This document shows, in pieces, positions 31,068 through 40,317 of a stretch of DNA of 64,000 bases. Location: NCBI GenBank assembly GCA_035516795.1, contig DATIZX010000055.1:21412-85411 (forward strand), in the 5' to 3' direction. The translations under genes were made by a program, and so were the position numbers. The first letter of the stretch is position 1. Each line of letters begins with the position of its first letter. The notes below the pieces were generated by a model that saw nothing but the letters and a program-made list of their open reading frames with translations, was not told the DNA's origin and searched no databases. The DNA comes from Verrucomicrobiia bacterium. Its GTDB lineage: Bacteria; Verrucomicrobiota; Verrucomicrobiia; Palsa-1439.

Positions 31068-32821
31068 TGCACACGTTCCGCGTTTGGGCTCCCCTTCCCA
31101 AAAGAGTGGAGCTTCTCGTTCAGGGCCGACGCTCACCAATGCAGCGGGGCCAGGATGGGTGGTGGACGGCAACTAACCAATCTGCAGCGCCGGGCAGCGA
31201 CTACGGTTTTTTCGTCGATAACGAGGGTCCATTCCCGGATCCGCGCTCCGCTTGGCAACCCTCCGGAGTGCATGCCTTGTCGCGGTTGGTCGATCATTCG
31301 GCTTTTCAGTGGACCGATGGGGGCTGGCAGGCGCCGCCACTCTCAAAAGGGATGGTTTACGAACTACACGTCGGGACCTTTACGCCCCAGGGAACATTCG
31401 CCGCCGCCATCGGGAAACTGAATCATCTGGTATCTCTCGGAGTGACTCATGTCCAATTGATGCCCGTGGTCGAATTCCCGGGGGCTTACGGTTGGGGATA
31501 TGATGGCGTCGATGTATTTGCTCCTCGACACGTCTATGGCGGGCCGAGTGGACTCAAGCAGTTTGTGGACGCCTGCCATGCGGACGGTCTGGCTGTGCTC
31601 TTGGACGTTGTCTACAACCACTTGGGACCTTCTGGGAATTATCTCGCGAAGTATGCACCCTATTTCACACGGCGCTACCACACGCCGTGGGGCGACGCTG
31701 TGAATTTTGACGGGCCAGATAGCGACGAAGTGCGCCGCTTCTTTTGTGACAACACGCTGATGTGGCTCCGCGATTATCATTTCGATGGCGTGCGCTTGGA
31801 CGCCGTGCATGCCATCAAGGACGCGTCCGCTTTCCCCTTTTTGGAGCAACTTGGACGGGAAGTAAAAGATCTGGAATCCTCGCTGGGACGGCCATTGGTC
31901 GTCATTCCGGAAAGCGACTTGAACGATCCCCGGCTTCTCTGGCCTTACGAGCACGGCGGTTTCAACCTCGATGCGCAATGGAGTGACGACTTTCATCACG
32001 CGCTGCACACGGTTCTGACGGGCGAGCGAACCGGTTACTACGAAGATTTCGGCACGTTGGCGGATGTGGCCAAGGCGCTGGAGAAGGCCTATGTTTATGC
32101 TGGGGGCTATTCCGTTCATCGTCGCCGCAGCCACGGTCGACCACCGATCGGCTTGGGCGGTAATCGCTTCTTGGGATATCTACAGAACCACGACCAGGTC
32201 GGTAATCGAGCCCGGGGGGAGCGCATCAGCCAACTCGTCAGCGTCGACCGCTTGAAGATCGGCGCGGCTTTGGTGATGACTTCACCATTCGTGCCGATGC
32301 TGTTCCAAGGGGAAGAATGGGGCGCTTCGACACCATTCCTCTATTTTACGGATCATCAGGAACCAGAACTCGCGAAAGCCGTGTGCGAAGGGCGACGCCG
32401 GGAATTCGCCGCTTTCGGCTGGAAACCAGAGGAGATTCCCGATCCGCAGGCGCCCGAAACATTTCAGCGGTCAAAGCTGAACTGGTCGGAACTTACGCGC
32501 GAGCCACACGCCGAGATTCTCGACTGGCATCGGCGTCTGATCCAGTTGCGTCGCTCCGAGCCTTCTTTGACGGACGGTCGGTTGGATCGTGTCCGTGTCC
32601 ATTTCAACGAGCAGGATCGTTGGCTGGTGGTTGAACGCGGCCCGATCAGTGTGGTCTGTAACCTTGCGGACCGATCTCAGCGAATTCCGATACGCACGGG
32701 AACACATGAGGTACTGATGGCTTCGGCCGCAGGAAATGTAGTGGCCGGCGCGAGCGCAAATTTGCCGCCGGATGCAGTTGTGATTTTGAAATCATCTGAA
32801 TCTCGGTCCGGTCTCTGCTGA
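31064..32821 (+). CDS. treZ: malto-oligosyltrehalose trehalohydrolase TreZ
   Basis: 585 aa. N-terminal E-set domain (FRVWAP...VELL) and GH13 motifs (GFDGVRLDAVHAI, YLQNHDQVGNR). ATGA overlap with treY. Confidence 0.9.
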   Translation: MMHTFRVWAPLPKRVELLVQGRRSPMQRGQDGWWTATNQSAAPGSDYGFFVDNEGPFPDPRSAWQPSGVHALSRLVDHSAFQWTDGGWQAPPLSKGMVYELHVGTFTPQGTFAAAIGKLNHLVSLGVTHVQLMPVVEFPGAYGWGYDGVDVFAPRHVYGGPSGLKQFVDACHADGLAVLLDVVYNHLGPSGNYLAKYAPYFTRRYHTPWGDAVNFDGPDSDEVRRFFCDNTLMWLRDYHFDGVRLDAVHAIKDASAFPFLEQLGREVKDLESSLGRPLVVIPESDLNDPRLLWPYEHGGFNLDAQWSDDFHHALHTVLTGERTGYYEDFGTLADVAKALEKAYVYAGGYSVHRRRSHGRPPIGLGGNRFLGYLQNHDQVGNRARGERISQLVSVDRLKIGAALVMTSPFVPMLFQGEEWGASTPFLYFTDHQEPELAKAVCEGRRREFAAFGWKPEEIPDPQAPETFQRSKLNWSELTREPHAEILDWHRRLIQLRRSEPSLTDGRLDRVRVHFNEQDRWLVVERGPISVVCNLADRSQRIPIRTGTHEVLMASAAGNVVAGASANLPPDAVVILKSSESRSGLC

Positions 32822-32897
32822 ATCCACTTGTCAGAGGTGAGGCCAAAACGTATGAGTCGAATATGCACGTTTTGAAAACGGCCCTACTCTAAGGCTT

Positions 32898-34079
32898 ATG
32901 AGGACACGTCTAATTTGTGCATGGTTTTGTTTGTCAGCGGCAAGCGTCTTCGCGGAGCCGTTCTACGATTTAAGTTTTGACGCCGCGTCGAAAAAGGCGG
33001 CGCACACGGGCAAGATCGTTTTGGTGGATTTCTACGCGACCTGGTGTGGTCCATGCCGACTCTTGGATAAACGGACCTGGACCGATGCCGCTGTGATCAA
33101 GATGCTCGAACAAGAAACCGTTGCGTTACGCATCGACGCGGAAAAGCAAACGGACCTTGCTACACGCTACCACATCGACGCCTATCCCAGTGTGCTCCTC
33201 ATTAAACCCAATGGAACAGAACTGGGGCGGTTGGTCGGTTACCGCGATCCCGAAACTTTTCTGGCCGATTTCAACGCTGCGCTTAAGGGAACCTTCCCTC
33301 CGGTCCATGTCGCACCTCTGGGAACCAACGATCCGATGGTTCGAATGGGGCAGGGCCACATGCTGGCCCAAAAGGGAAAGGATGCCGAAGCGTTGCAGGA
33401 GTATTTGTGGTGTTTTGATCACGGCAACGAAGTCAGTTCGTCTTTTGACTTGGTGCGCACCAGCATTCTGTTGGGTTACATCAAGGACTTGGGGCTTCGT
33501 TATCCTGCCGCGAAGAAGGCGATGGAAAGCGAGCGTGACGAGCGACAGGCCAAACTGCTGTCCGGCTCCGCCGATCAACATACCGTCTATGAAATCATAC
33601 AACTCAATAGCGCGCTGGATCAAAGGGAGAAGAACTTGGCGGTGTTCGATCAACTTCCATCTGGAAGCGCTGATCGAGAGTATGTTTTGCCTTTGCTCAT
33701 TGATCAGCTTTTGGGGGCTAAACGCTACGCCGATATTCTGGGCGGCAAGGACGGAAAATCTGCGTTTGCGGAGCTAGTTGACGGATACAATTACATGGTG
33801 GACACGCTGAACCCGAAGAATCCGCAGAGGGGCATGTACGAGAAATCCTATCGTAATTACACGGTAATGGCAGGCGCACACTTCTTCGAGGCCCTGGCCG
33901 GACTGAAGCGGAACGGCGAAGCCAAGGAGTTGGCGCAACAGATACTGAAGTTCGATTCGTCGAGGGCAACTCGCATCATACTGGCCGAAGCTGCAGAGCG
34001 AGCCGACAACGCCGAATTGGCGCAATACGTGAAGCAGCGGGGGATCGTCCGGAACCCGATGAGCGACCACGCCCAATGA
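32898..34079 (+). CDS. secreted thioredoxin-fold protein (WCGPC) with long C-terminal helical extension
   Basis: Signal peptide. Thioredoxin motif FYATWCGPCR. About 270-aa C-terminal region of unknown function. Confidence 0.65.
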   Translation: MRTRLICAWFCLSAASVFAEPFYDLSFDAASKKAAHTGKIVLVDFYATWCGPCRLLDKRTWTDAAVIKMLEQETVALRIDAEKQTDLATRYHIDAYPSVLLIKPNGTELGRLVGYRDPETFLADFNAALKGTFPPVHVAPLGTNDPMVRMGQGHMLAQKGKDAEALQEYLWCFDHGNEVSSSFDLVRTSILLGYIKDLGLRYPAAKKAMESERDERQAKLLSGSADQHTVYEIIQLNSALDQREKNLAVFDQLPSGSADREYVLPLLIDQLLGAKRYADILGGKDGKSAFAELVDGYNYMVDTLNPKNPQRGMYEKSYRNYTVMAGAHFFEALAGLKRNGEAKELAQQILKFDSSRATRIILAEAAERADNAELAQYVKQRGIVRNPMSDHAQ

Positions 34080-34130
34080 GACACAGATCCTCTGCGTTGA
34101 AGGTTTGGTCAAACCACCCTAACTTAAAGC

Positions 34131-35939
34131 ATGAACTTCGAATCCATCGAGAACCATGGGATTATTGGCGACCTGCAAACCTCTGCTCTGGTAGGCATCG
34201 ATGGCTCGGTCGACTTCATGTGTTTCCCGCGGTTTGATTCCCCGACCGTCTTTGCGGCACTTCTGGACAGCAAGAATGGCGGACGGTTCCAAATCGCTCC
34301 GACGACTTCGGAAGAGTTTCAGCGCAAGCAGATCTATTTCCCAGACACAAACATGTTGTTGACTCGTTTCCTATCGAATGACGGTGTGGCTGAGATCTCT
34401 GACTTCATGCCGCTCGAGCACTTGGGGCACAGCCACGATCTCGTGCGCCGTGTGAAGGTCGTGCGCGGGCAACTCCGGCTGCGAATGGTTTGCGCGCCCC
34501 GCTTCGACTATGGCCGTGCCAAGCACAAGGTGGAAAAGCGGAAGGGCGAAGTGTTGTTCATTGCCGAAGGTAAAAAGGGCATAACCTTGCGGCTGCGCGC
34601 GAGTGTTCCCGTACGAATCAAGAACGGAGATGCCATCGCAGAATTCACCTTGAAGGCGGAGGAAAACGCCTCGTTTATTTTGGAACAGGTAGCGCCGCGG
34701 CAGGAATCTCCATCCACCCAACCTGACTACATCTCGGAATCTTTCAAGCAGACAATGAATTTCTGGCAGATGTGGGCGGGACGGTCCCAGTATCGCGGTC
34801 GCTGGCGCGAAATGATCACACGGTCCGCCCTCACCCTGAAGTTGTTAACCTACGCACCGTCTGGCTCCATAGTCGCGGCTCCAACCTTTGGCTTGCCAGA
34901 GGAAATTGGCGGCCCGCGCAATTGGGATTACCGGTACACCTGGGTCCGCGACGCATCCTTCACGCTCTATGCCTTGATGCGCCTTGGCTACACGGAGGAA
35001 GCGGCGGCCTTCATGCGCTGGATTGAGGAGCGTTGCCAGGAGACGACCGCATCCAATCCGCTGCAGGTGATGTATGGAATTGACGGTCGCCGCGACCTTG
35101 CGGAGATCGAGCTGCCACATTTCGAAGGGTACCGCCATTCCAAGCCGGTGCGCATCGGTAACGCGGCGTATCGCCAACTGCAGCTCGATATCTACGGCGA
35201 ATTGATGGATTCCGTTTACATCTACAACAAATACGGCGAGCCCATCTCCTATGATTTTTGGATGAACCTCACACGACTGATCGACTGGGTGTGCGAGCAT
35301 TGGCAGGAGCCCGACGATGGAATTTGGGAAGTTCGTGGGGGCCCACGGCTGTTTCTGTATTCACGGGTGTTGTGCTGGGTGGCGATCGACCGCGGAATTC
35401 GCCTGGCGCTCAAGCGGTCGTTTCCCGCGCCGCTGGGCCGCTGGCAACGCATTCGTGACGAGATTTATCAGGACGTATATCATAAGTTTTGGAACGCGAG
35501 ATTGCGCGCTTTCGTGCAATTTAAAGGGGCCAAAACGGTGGATGCGTCGAGTCTGCTCATGCCGATGTTGAAATTCATCAGCCCGATGGACCCGCGTTGG
35601 TCCTCCCATCTGGCGACGGTAGAAAACAAGCTGGTGGAAGATTCGTTGGTGTACCGGTACAAAGTGCTCGAAGGAAGCCAGGACGGATTGCCGGGGAGCG
35701 AAGGCACTTTCACCATGTGCTCCTTCTGGTATGTCGAATGTCTGGCCCGCGCTGGCGATCTGAAACTGGCCCGGTTCATTCTCGAAAAGGCCTTTGGTTA
35801 TGCCAACCACGTTGGGCTGTATGCGGAGGAACTGGGACATTGCGGTGAGCAACTGGGCAACTTCCCGCAAGCCTTTACCCATCTGGCGCTCATCAGTGCC
35901 TGCTCGTACCTGGACCGGAAACTGGGTCCCGGCGCTTAA
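34131..35939 (+). CDS. glycoside hydrolase family 15 protein (glucoamylase/trehalase-like)
   Basis: 602 aa. N-terminal beta-sandwich plus an (alpha/alpha)6 catalytic domain, with GH15-typical motifs (NWDYRYTWVRDASF, QLDIYGELM). Confidence 0.8.
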   Translation: MNFESIENHGIIGDLQTSALVGIDGSVDFMCFPRFDSPTVFAALLDSKNGGRFQIAPTTSEEFQRKQIYFPDTNMLLTRFLSNDGVAEISDFMPLEHLGHSHDLVRRVKVVRGQLRLRMVCAPRFDYGRAKHKVEKRKGEVLFIAEGKKGITLRLRASVPVRIKNGDAIAEFTLKAEENASFILEQVAPRQESPSTQPDYISESFKQTMNFWQMWAGRSQYRGRWREMITRSALTLKLLTYAPSGSIVAAPTFGLPEEIGGPRNWDYRYTWVRDASFTLYALMRLGYTEEAAAFMRWIEERCQETTASNPLQVMYGIDGRRDLAEIELPHFEGYRHSKPVRIGNAAYRQLQLDIYGELMDSVYIYNKYGEPISYDFWMNLTRLIDWVCEHWQEPDDGIWEVRGGPRLFLYSRVLCWVAIDRGIRLALKRSFPAPLGRWQRIRDEIYQDVYHKFWNARLRAFVQFKGAKTVDASSLLMPMLKFISPMDPRWSSHLATVENKLVEDSLVYRYKVLEGSQDGLPGSEGTFTMCSFWYVECLARAGDLKLARFILEKAFGYANHVGLYAEELGHCGEQLGNFPQAFTHLALISACSYLDRKLGPGA

Positions 35940-35957
35940 ATCCCACTCCAGCCTCGC

Positions 35958-37148
35958 TTATCGTATCGCCGGGTTCTTCTTGAGATGGAAACTGGCCTCA
36001 AATGAGTTGAACAGATCCAGATACTGCTCCAGGTAACGTGTGAGCAGAAAATGATTCGCGACGGTTTTGCGGGCGCTACGACCGAAGCGTTCCCGGAGCC
36101 GCTTGTCTTTCAGCAACTGGACGACGCGTCGCACCGTCTGTTCTACCGAGGAAACAAGGAAACCGTTGACCCCATCCCGGATCTGATAACGAATGCCACC
36201 AACGTTGCCACCGACGACCGGCGTGCCTTTCCACATCGCTTCGGTCACCGTCAGGCCAAATCCTTCGCGGATGGATTTTTGCAGAATCACTGCCGCCCGG
36301 CTTTGGATGGTGTTCACCAGCGCCGTATCGTCGCCATTGGGCAAAATGAGGATCCGTTCATCACGGGCATTCAACAGCGATTCGTAGATTTCTGCGCCCT
36401 CCGGATCGTCGGAAGCGAAATTGCCGAGCATGACCAGCGCGCAATCCACTTCCTTTCGGATCAGCCGAAAGGCTTCGATGACCCCGCGCGGATCCTTCCA
36501 GGGATCGAAACGCGAAACCCGGGCGATGATGGGAAGGTCTGTCGGGATACCGTAGTACGCAAGACGCCCATCCATTTCTCGATCTTGCAGTCGCTGGTTT
36601 TTCGTGGTGAACGGATCAATGGCTGGCAGGAAAAACAGTTGCGGCGGTCTCAGTTTCCGCGCGTACTCGGGAATACCAAGGATGACGGCGTCGTGCTGCT
36701 CGATGAAGCGCGCCAGGTAGTGGGGATGAGAGAGATCGATGTGGCAACGCCAGATCCACGGCGCCCTTTTTGTATTTTTGTATAATGGCGGATAAGCGGG
36801 AGCGGCTGCGGATCGTGAACGACCACCAGATCATGATTGAAATGGTTCCGAATGGAATTCTCGAAGACGACCTTTTCGTAAATCTGGCGAACCCTGCAAC
36901 ACGCGCCAGCCGGCTTCCAGGCCGAGCCCGTTCATCAACAACGTCATCGAGGACAACAGCTCGGCAACACCTCCGCCGTAATAAGTCGAATTGATGTTGG
37001 TGAAGCGGAATCCGCGCAAGGCCTCGGCTTTGGAGAGAATTCGATCGACCGCTTTGGCACCGATGAATGGCGCGTAATCCTCAACCTTTGGCAGTTTGTA
37101 TCGCACGACAGGTCTTCCGTGAACGAGATCGGCATGTTGCCCGGTCAC
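35958..37148 (-). pseudogene. TreT-like GT4 trehalose glycosyltransferring synthase, interrupted by an in-frame TGA and an internal deletion
   Basis: ORFs 36831..37148 and 35958..36575 are in the same frame and together resemble TreT (INSTYYGGGVAELL, GLEAGWRVLQG, PWIWRCHIDLSHP, EGFGLTVTEAMWKGTPVVGG). A TGA at 36831-36833 separates them. About 30 codons are missing relative to TreT. An AT-rich patch (tttttgtatttttgtataat) sits at 36765-36790. Confidence 0.6.
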
Positions 37149-37229
37149 TACGATGGCAACTTAGTCCAACCCCAAGTTAGAAAGCAAGTGGAGTGCCCGG
37201 ACACAACAGCCTAACGTCTTCGTGGAATG

Positions 37230-38138
37230 CTATCCTTTCGTGGCTCCAGCGGTGAGACCTTGGATGATTCGTTTCTGGAAGACTACGACCAGCCCAATCA
37301 GTGGCAGCGTGCTCACCACGACCGCGGCCGCGATGGCGCCCCAGGGGATTTCATAGATGCTCCCACCGCTCAGACTCGCGACGCCGGCGGTCACCGTTTT
37401 GGCCGAGTCGCGGGTCATGAACGTCAGCGCCAGCAGGAATTCATTCCAGCAAAAGATGAAGATCAAAATGGCGGTGGTCGCCAACGCAGGCGCAGACAGT
37501 GGCATGATGATTTTCATGAGAATCTGCCAGCGATTGAATCCATCCACTTTGGCGGCTTCCTCGATATCGAGCGAGATGGTACGGAAGAACGCCGTTAGAA
37601 TCAGCGTCGCGAATGGAAGATTGAAGGTGATGTAGGGAACGATCAGCGCGATGGGATTGTTGGCCATGCCCGTTCGTCGCACCAGTTCGTACAACGGGAA
37701 AAAGAAGATGATGGTTGGGAAAAATGAAATGGAGATCAGTCCGACTTGCAGCCCTCTCGCGCCACGCACTTTAAGTCGTGAAAAACTGTAGGCCGCCATC
37801 GCGCTGACCAGCACACAGACAACTGTTGACACGCTCGAAATCAAGAAACTGTTCCACAAATAACGCGCGAACGGTTTACGGCTGAATAGCTCTTGATAAT
37901 GGCCCCAAGTCGGATGCACCGGAGCATAAATGGTGGGGATGTGAGCGATCTCCGCATTGGTCTTCAGCGAGGTGATGATCTGCCAGGCAAACGGTGCAAG
38001 ACACCACACCACCGCCAGCCAAATCAGAATTTGCTGCAGCGTCTTTTTCACATGGCCTCGGATTTTTCCACGGCGCGCTCCGTCGCCAGAGCGCGTGCAC
38101 CGCGTGTTCGCGACAGTGGCCAGTAAATCAACAGGCAA
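37230..38138 (-). CDS. carbohydrate ABC transporter permease (MalG/ThuG-like)
   Basis: 302 aa, 6 TM helices, EAA loop (EEAAKVDGFNRWQIL). Start uncertain (90-nt overlap with the upstream permease as listed). Confidence 0.85.
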   Translation of the reverse strand: MPVDLLATVANTRCTRSGDGARRGKIRGHVKKTLQQILIWLAVVWCLAPFAWQIITSLKTNAEIAHIPTIYAPVHPTWGHYQELFSRKPFARYLWNSFLISSVSTVVCVLVSAMAAYSFSRLKVRGARGLQVGLISISFFPTIIFFFPLYELVRRTGMANNPIALIVPYITFNLPFATLILTAFFRTISLDIEEAAKVDGFNRWQILMKIIMPLSAPALATTAILIFIFCWNEFLLALTFMTRDSAKTVTAGVASLSGGSIYEIPWGAIAAAVVVSTLPLIGLVVVFQKRIIQGLTAGATKG

Positions 38139-38998
38139 ATTCCGCTCGTAATCAGGAATGTCACCACGATCATCGCCGCACCGTAGCCGAAATCCAGGTA
38201 GCGCAGAAAGGTACGGTAATTGTAAATCGCAACGGTTTCAGTGGCGCCACCCGGGCCGCCACCGGTCATCACGAAGATCAGGTCGAAGATTCCAAAGGAC
38301 TGGATGGTTCGAAACAACAGGGCCAGCATGATCGACGGCATCAACATCGGCAGCGTGATTAAACGAAAGCTGTTCCAGGCGCGGGCGCCATCGATTTGGA
38401 CCGCTTCGTACAGATCCTCGGGAATGTTCTGCAGCCCGGCCAGCAGGATAATCATCATGAACGGTGTTGTCTTCCAAACGTCGGCAAAGATCACTGAGAA
38501 CATGGCGGTGGGACCGCTGCCGAGCCAGGCCACAGGGCGCGAGAGCAAGCCCAAGCGCATCATCAAATCGTTGAAGACACCAGATTGATCGTTGAAGATC
38601 CAGGCCCACGCCAAGGCGAGCACCGCCGTCGGTAACGCCCAGGGAATGAGCGTTGCCGTCCGCGCAAAGGAGCGACCGTGAAATTTCTCATTAAGCAGAA
38701 GAGCGAACCACAATCCAAGCAGTAGTTCCGTGCTGACGGCAATAAATGTGAAAACAGTTGTTGTCATCATGGTCTGCCAGTAATGCCCGTCCTTCAGCAG
38801 ACGGACGTAATTGAGCGTACCGCTGAATTGCGGATGCAAGCCGGTGCCGAGATTCTGGGTAAAGAAGCTTAACCAAAGAATTCGCAGAACCGGATACACG
38901 GCCACGACCAACACAAATATCGCTGCTGGCCATAGCATGAGATATCCAAACGCTTGGTCTTCCAAACGCATCTTCTTGTTGTGTGCGGGTGTCCTCAT
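38048..38998 (-). CDS. carbohydrate ABC transporter permease (MalF/ThuF-like)
   Basis: Permease homology begins at M226 of the listed 541-aa ORF. That ATG (38996-38998) overlaps the SBP stop (ATGA). EAA loop YEAVQIDGARAWNSFRLITLP. Confidence 0.8.
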   Translation of the reverse strand: MRTPAHNKKMRLEDQAFGYLMLWPAAIFVLVVAVYPVLRILWLSFFTQNLGTGLHPQFSGTLNYVRLLKDGHYWQTMMTTTVFTFIAVSTELLLGLWFALLLNEKFHGRSFARTATLIPWALPTAVLALAWAWIFNDQSGVFNDLMMRLGLLSRPVAWLGSGPTAMFSVIFADVWKTTPFMMIILLAGLQNIPEDLYEAVQIDGARAWNSFRLITLPMLMPSIMLALLFRTIQSFGIFDLIFVMTGGGPGGATETVAIYNYRTFLRYLDFGYGAAMIVVTFLITSGICLLIYWPLSRTRGARALATERAVEKSEAM

Positions 38999-40317
38999 CG
39001 AAGTTGAGCCATTGGAAACGCGTGGGAATCGCGGCCTTTTGAAGTCCTGGTCCGTCGCAATAGCAATCGTGTCTCGCTGGCTGCTCCGCGCATTGCCTGT
39101 TTGGGAGTGAGCCGTCCCGTTAAGGCGGCGCTGACATACCGCTGCAAAATATCGGAAGCTTGCGCGTATTGTGGCACAGGAGGACGAGGAACGGTGGTTT
39201 GCAGCACCCGATAAATGGCCTGCTGCACGGGATCGGGACTGTTCTCGTAGAAACTTTTCAGTGCCGGCTGAATGGCGGTGGCTTGGTTGATTCTGCGGAT
39301 TTGCGGCAAGGCACTGATGAATTCGCAAAACTTCCACGCTGCGTCTTGGTGGTGACTGCTTTTGGCAATGGCAAAGCCGTATCCGCCTAGGGTCGAGGCT
39401 GGTCGTCCGTCGTCCGATTTTGGCATTGGCGCCAGGCCCACCTTGCCTTTGATCGGCGATTCTTCCCGCTGCGACAGCGGCCAGACGTATGGCCAATTGC
39501 GAAGGAAAATTGCCCGCCCGCTCTGAAATAGTTGACGGCTCTGTTCCTCCGCATACGTCGTCACGCCCGGCGGCGAAATCTTCCACTTCTGCACGCAGTC
39601 GGTCAGGAACGTCAGCGCCGCCACGCCCGCAGGCTGATCGAGTCCGACCTGATCCGTGTCCGGGTTGATCCAAAATCCACCGTAACCGATCAGCACTTCC
39701 AGAAAATCACACGCCAGCCCCTCGTATTGTTTTCCCTGCCAAACAAAGCCCCAGAGTTGGGGTGGATGCTGCAATTTCTGCGAAATTTGGGCCAAATCAT
39801 CGAAGGTCGCAGGCGGTCGCTCGCCCGCCTTTGCCAGCAAATCTTTACGGTAAAAAAGCACGGCGCCGTCGATCTGTGTCGGCACACGGTAAATGCGTCC
39901 CCGATACTTGCTGCCTTCGATCGAACCGCTGATGAACCGATCCCACTCGGACGGGCTCCAGCGGTCTGTCAAATCTTCCAGCCAACCGGCCGCGGCAAAT
40001 TTCGGAATCCACACCACATCGGCGTACACCAGATCATAAGCAGACTCGCCACTGAGAAACGAGGTCGTATAAAGATCTTCGCGAGCATCGGTCGCCGTCG
40101 GTCCTTCGACGTGGTGGATCTGAATTCCCGGATTCCTTTCGTGGAACTCGGCAAACAATTTCCGCCAAATGCCGGTGGTGTCCGGCTCCATTAAAACATT
40201 CAGCACCACCACGCCTTCTGTCGATTCGGCCCTTTTTTCGCAGCCGACCAAAGACGCCGCGAACAGCAGCAACAATCCCATCCAAAACCGAGAATCCCAC
40301 GTCCTGAATCGCATCAC
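38995..40317 (-). CDS. extracellular solute-binding lipoprotein, family 1 (sugar ABC transporter SBP; trehalose/maltose-type)
   Basis: 440 aa. Signal peptide with lipobox LVGC. Family-1 SBP fold similarity. Confidence 0.85.
   Translation of the reverse strand: MMRFRTWDSRFWMGLLLLFAASLVGCEKRAESTEGVVVLNVLMEPDTTGIWRKLFAEFHERNPGIQIHHVEGPTATDAREDLYTTSFLSGESAYDLVYADVVWIPKFAAAGWLEDLTDRWSPSEWDRFISGSIEGSKYRGRIYRVPTQIDGAVLFYRKDLLAKAGERPPATFDDLAQISQKLQHPPQLWGFVWQGKQYEGLACDFLEVLIGYGGFWINPDTDQVGLDQPAGVAALTFLTDCVQKWKISPPGVTTYAEEQSRQLFQSGRAIFLRNWPYVWPLSQREESPIKGKVGLAPMPKSDDGRPASTLGGYGFAIAKSSHHQDAAWKFCEFISALPQIRRINQATAIQPALKSFYENSPDPVQQAIYRVLQTTVPRPPVPQYAQASDILQRYVSAALTGRLTPKQAMRGAASETRLLLRRTRTSKGRDSHAFPMAQLR

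Noticed and set aside
36770-36994. 74-aa plus-strand ORF beginning in the AT-rich patch (tataATGg)
   Set aside because: Lies antisense within the decayed treT-like gene. The apparent -10-like TATAAT is more plausibly part of the indel scar than a real promoter/start.
38999-39673. 225-aa N-terminal extension of the listed 541-aa permease ORF
   Set aside because: Overlaps the SBP gene in another frame with an Arg/Gly-rich nonsense translation. Permease homology begins at the ATG at 38998.
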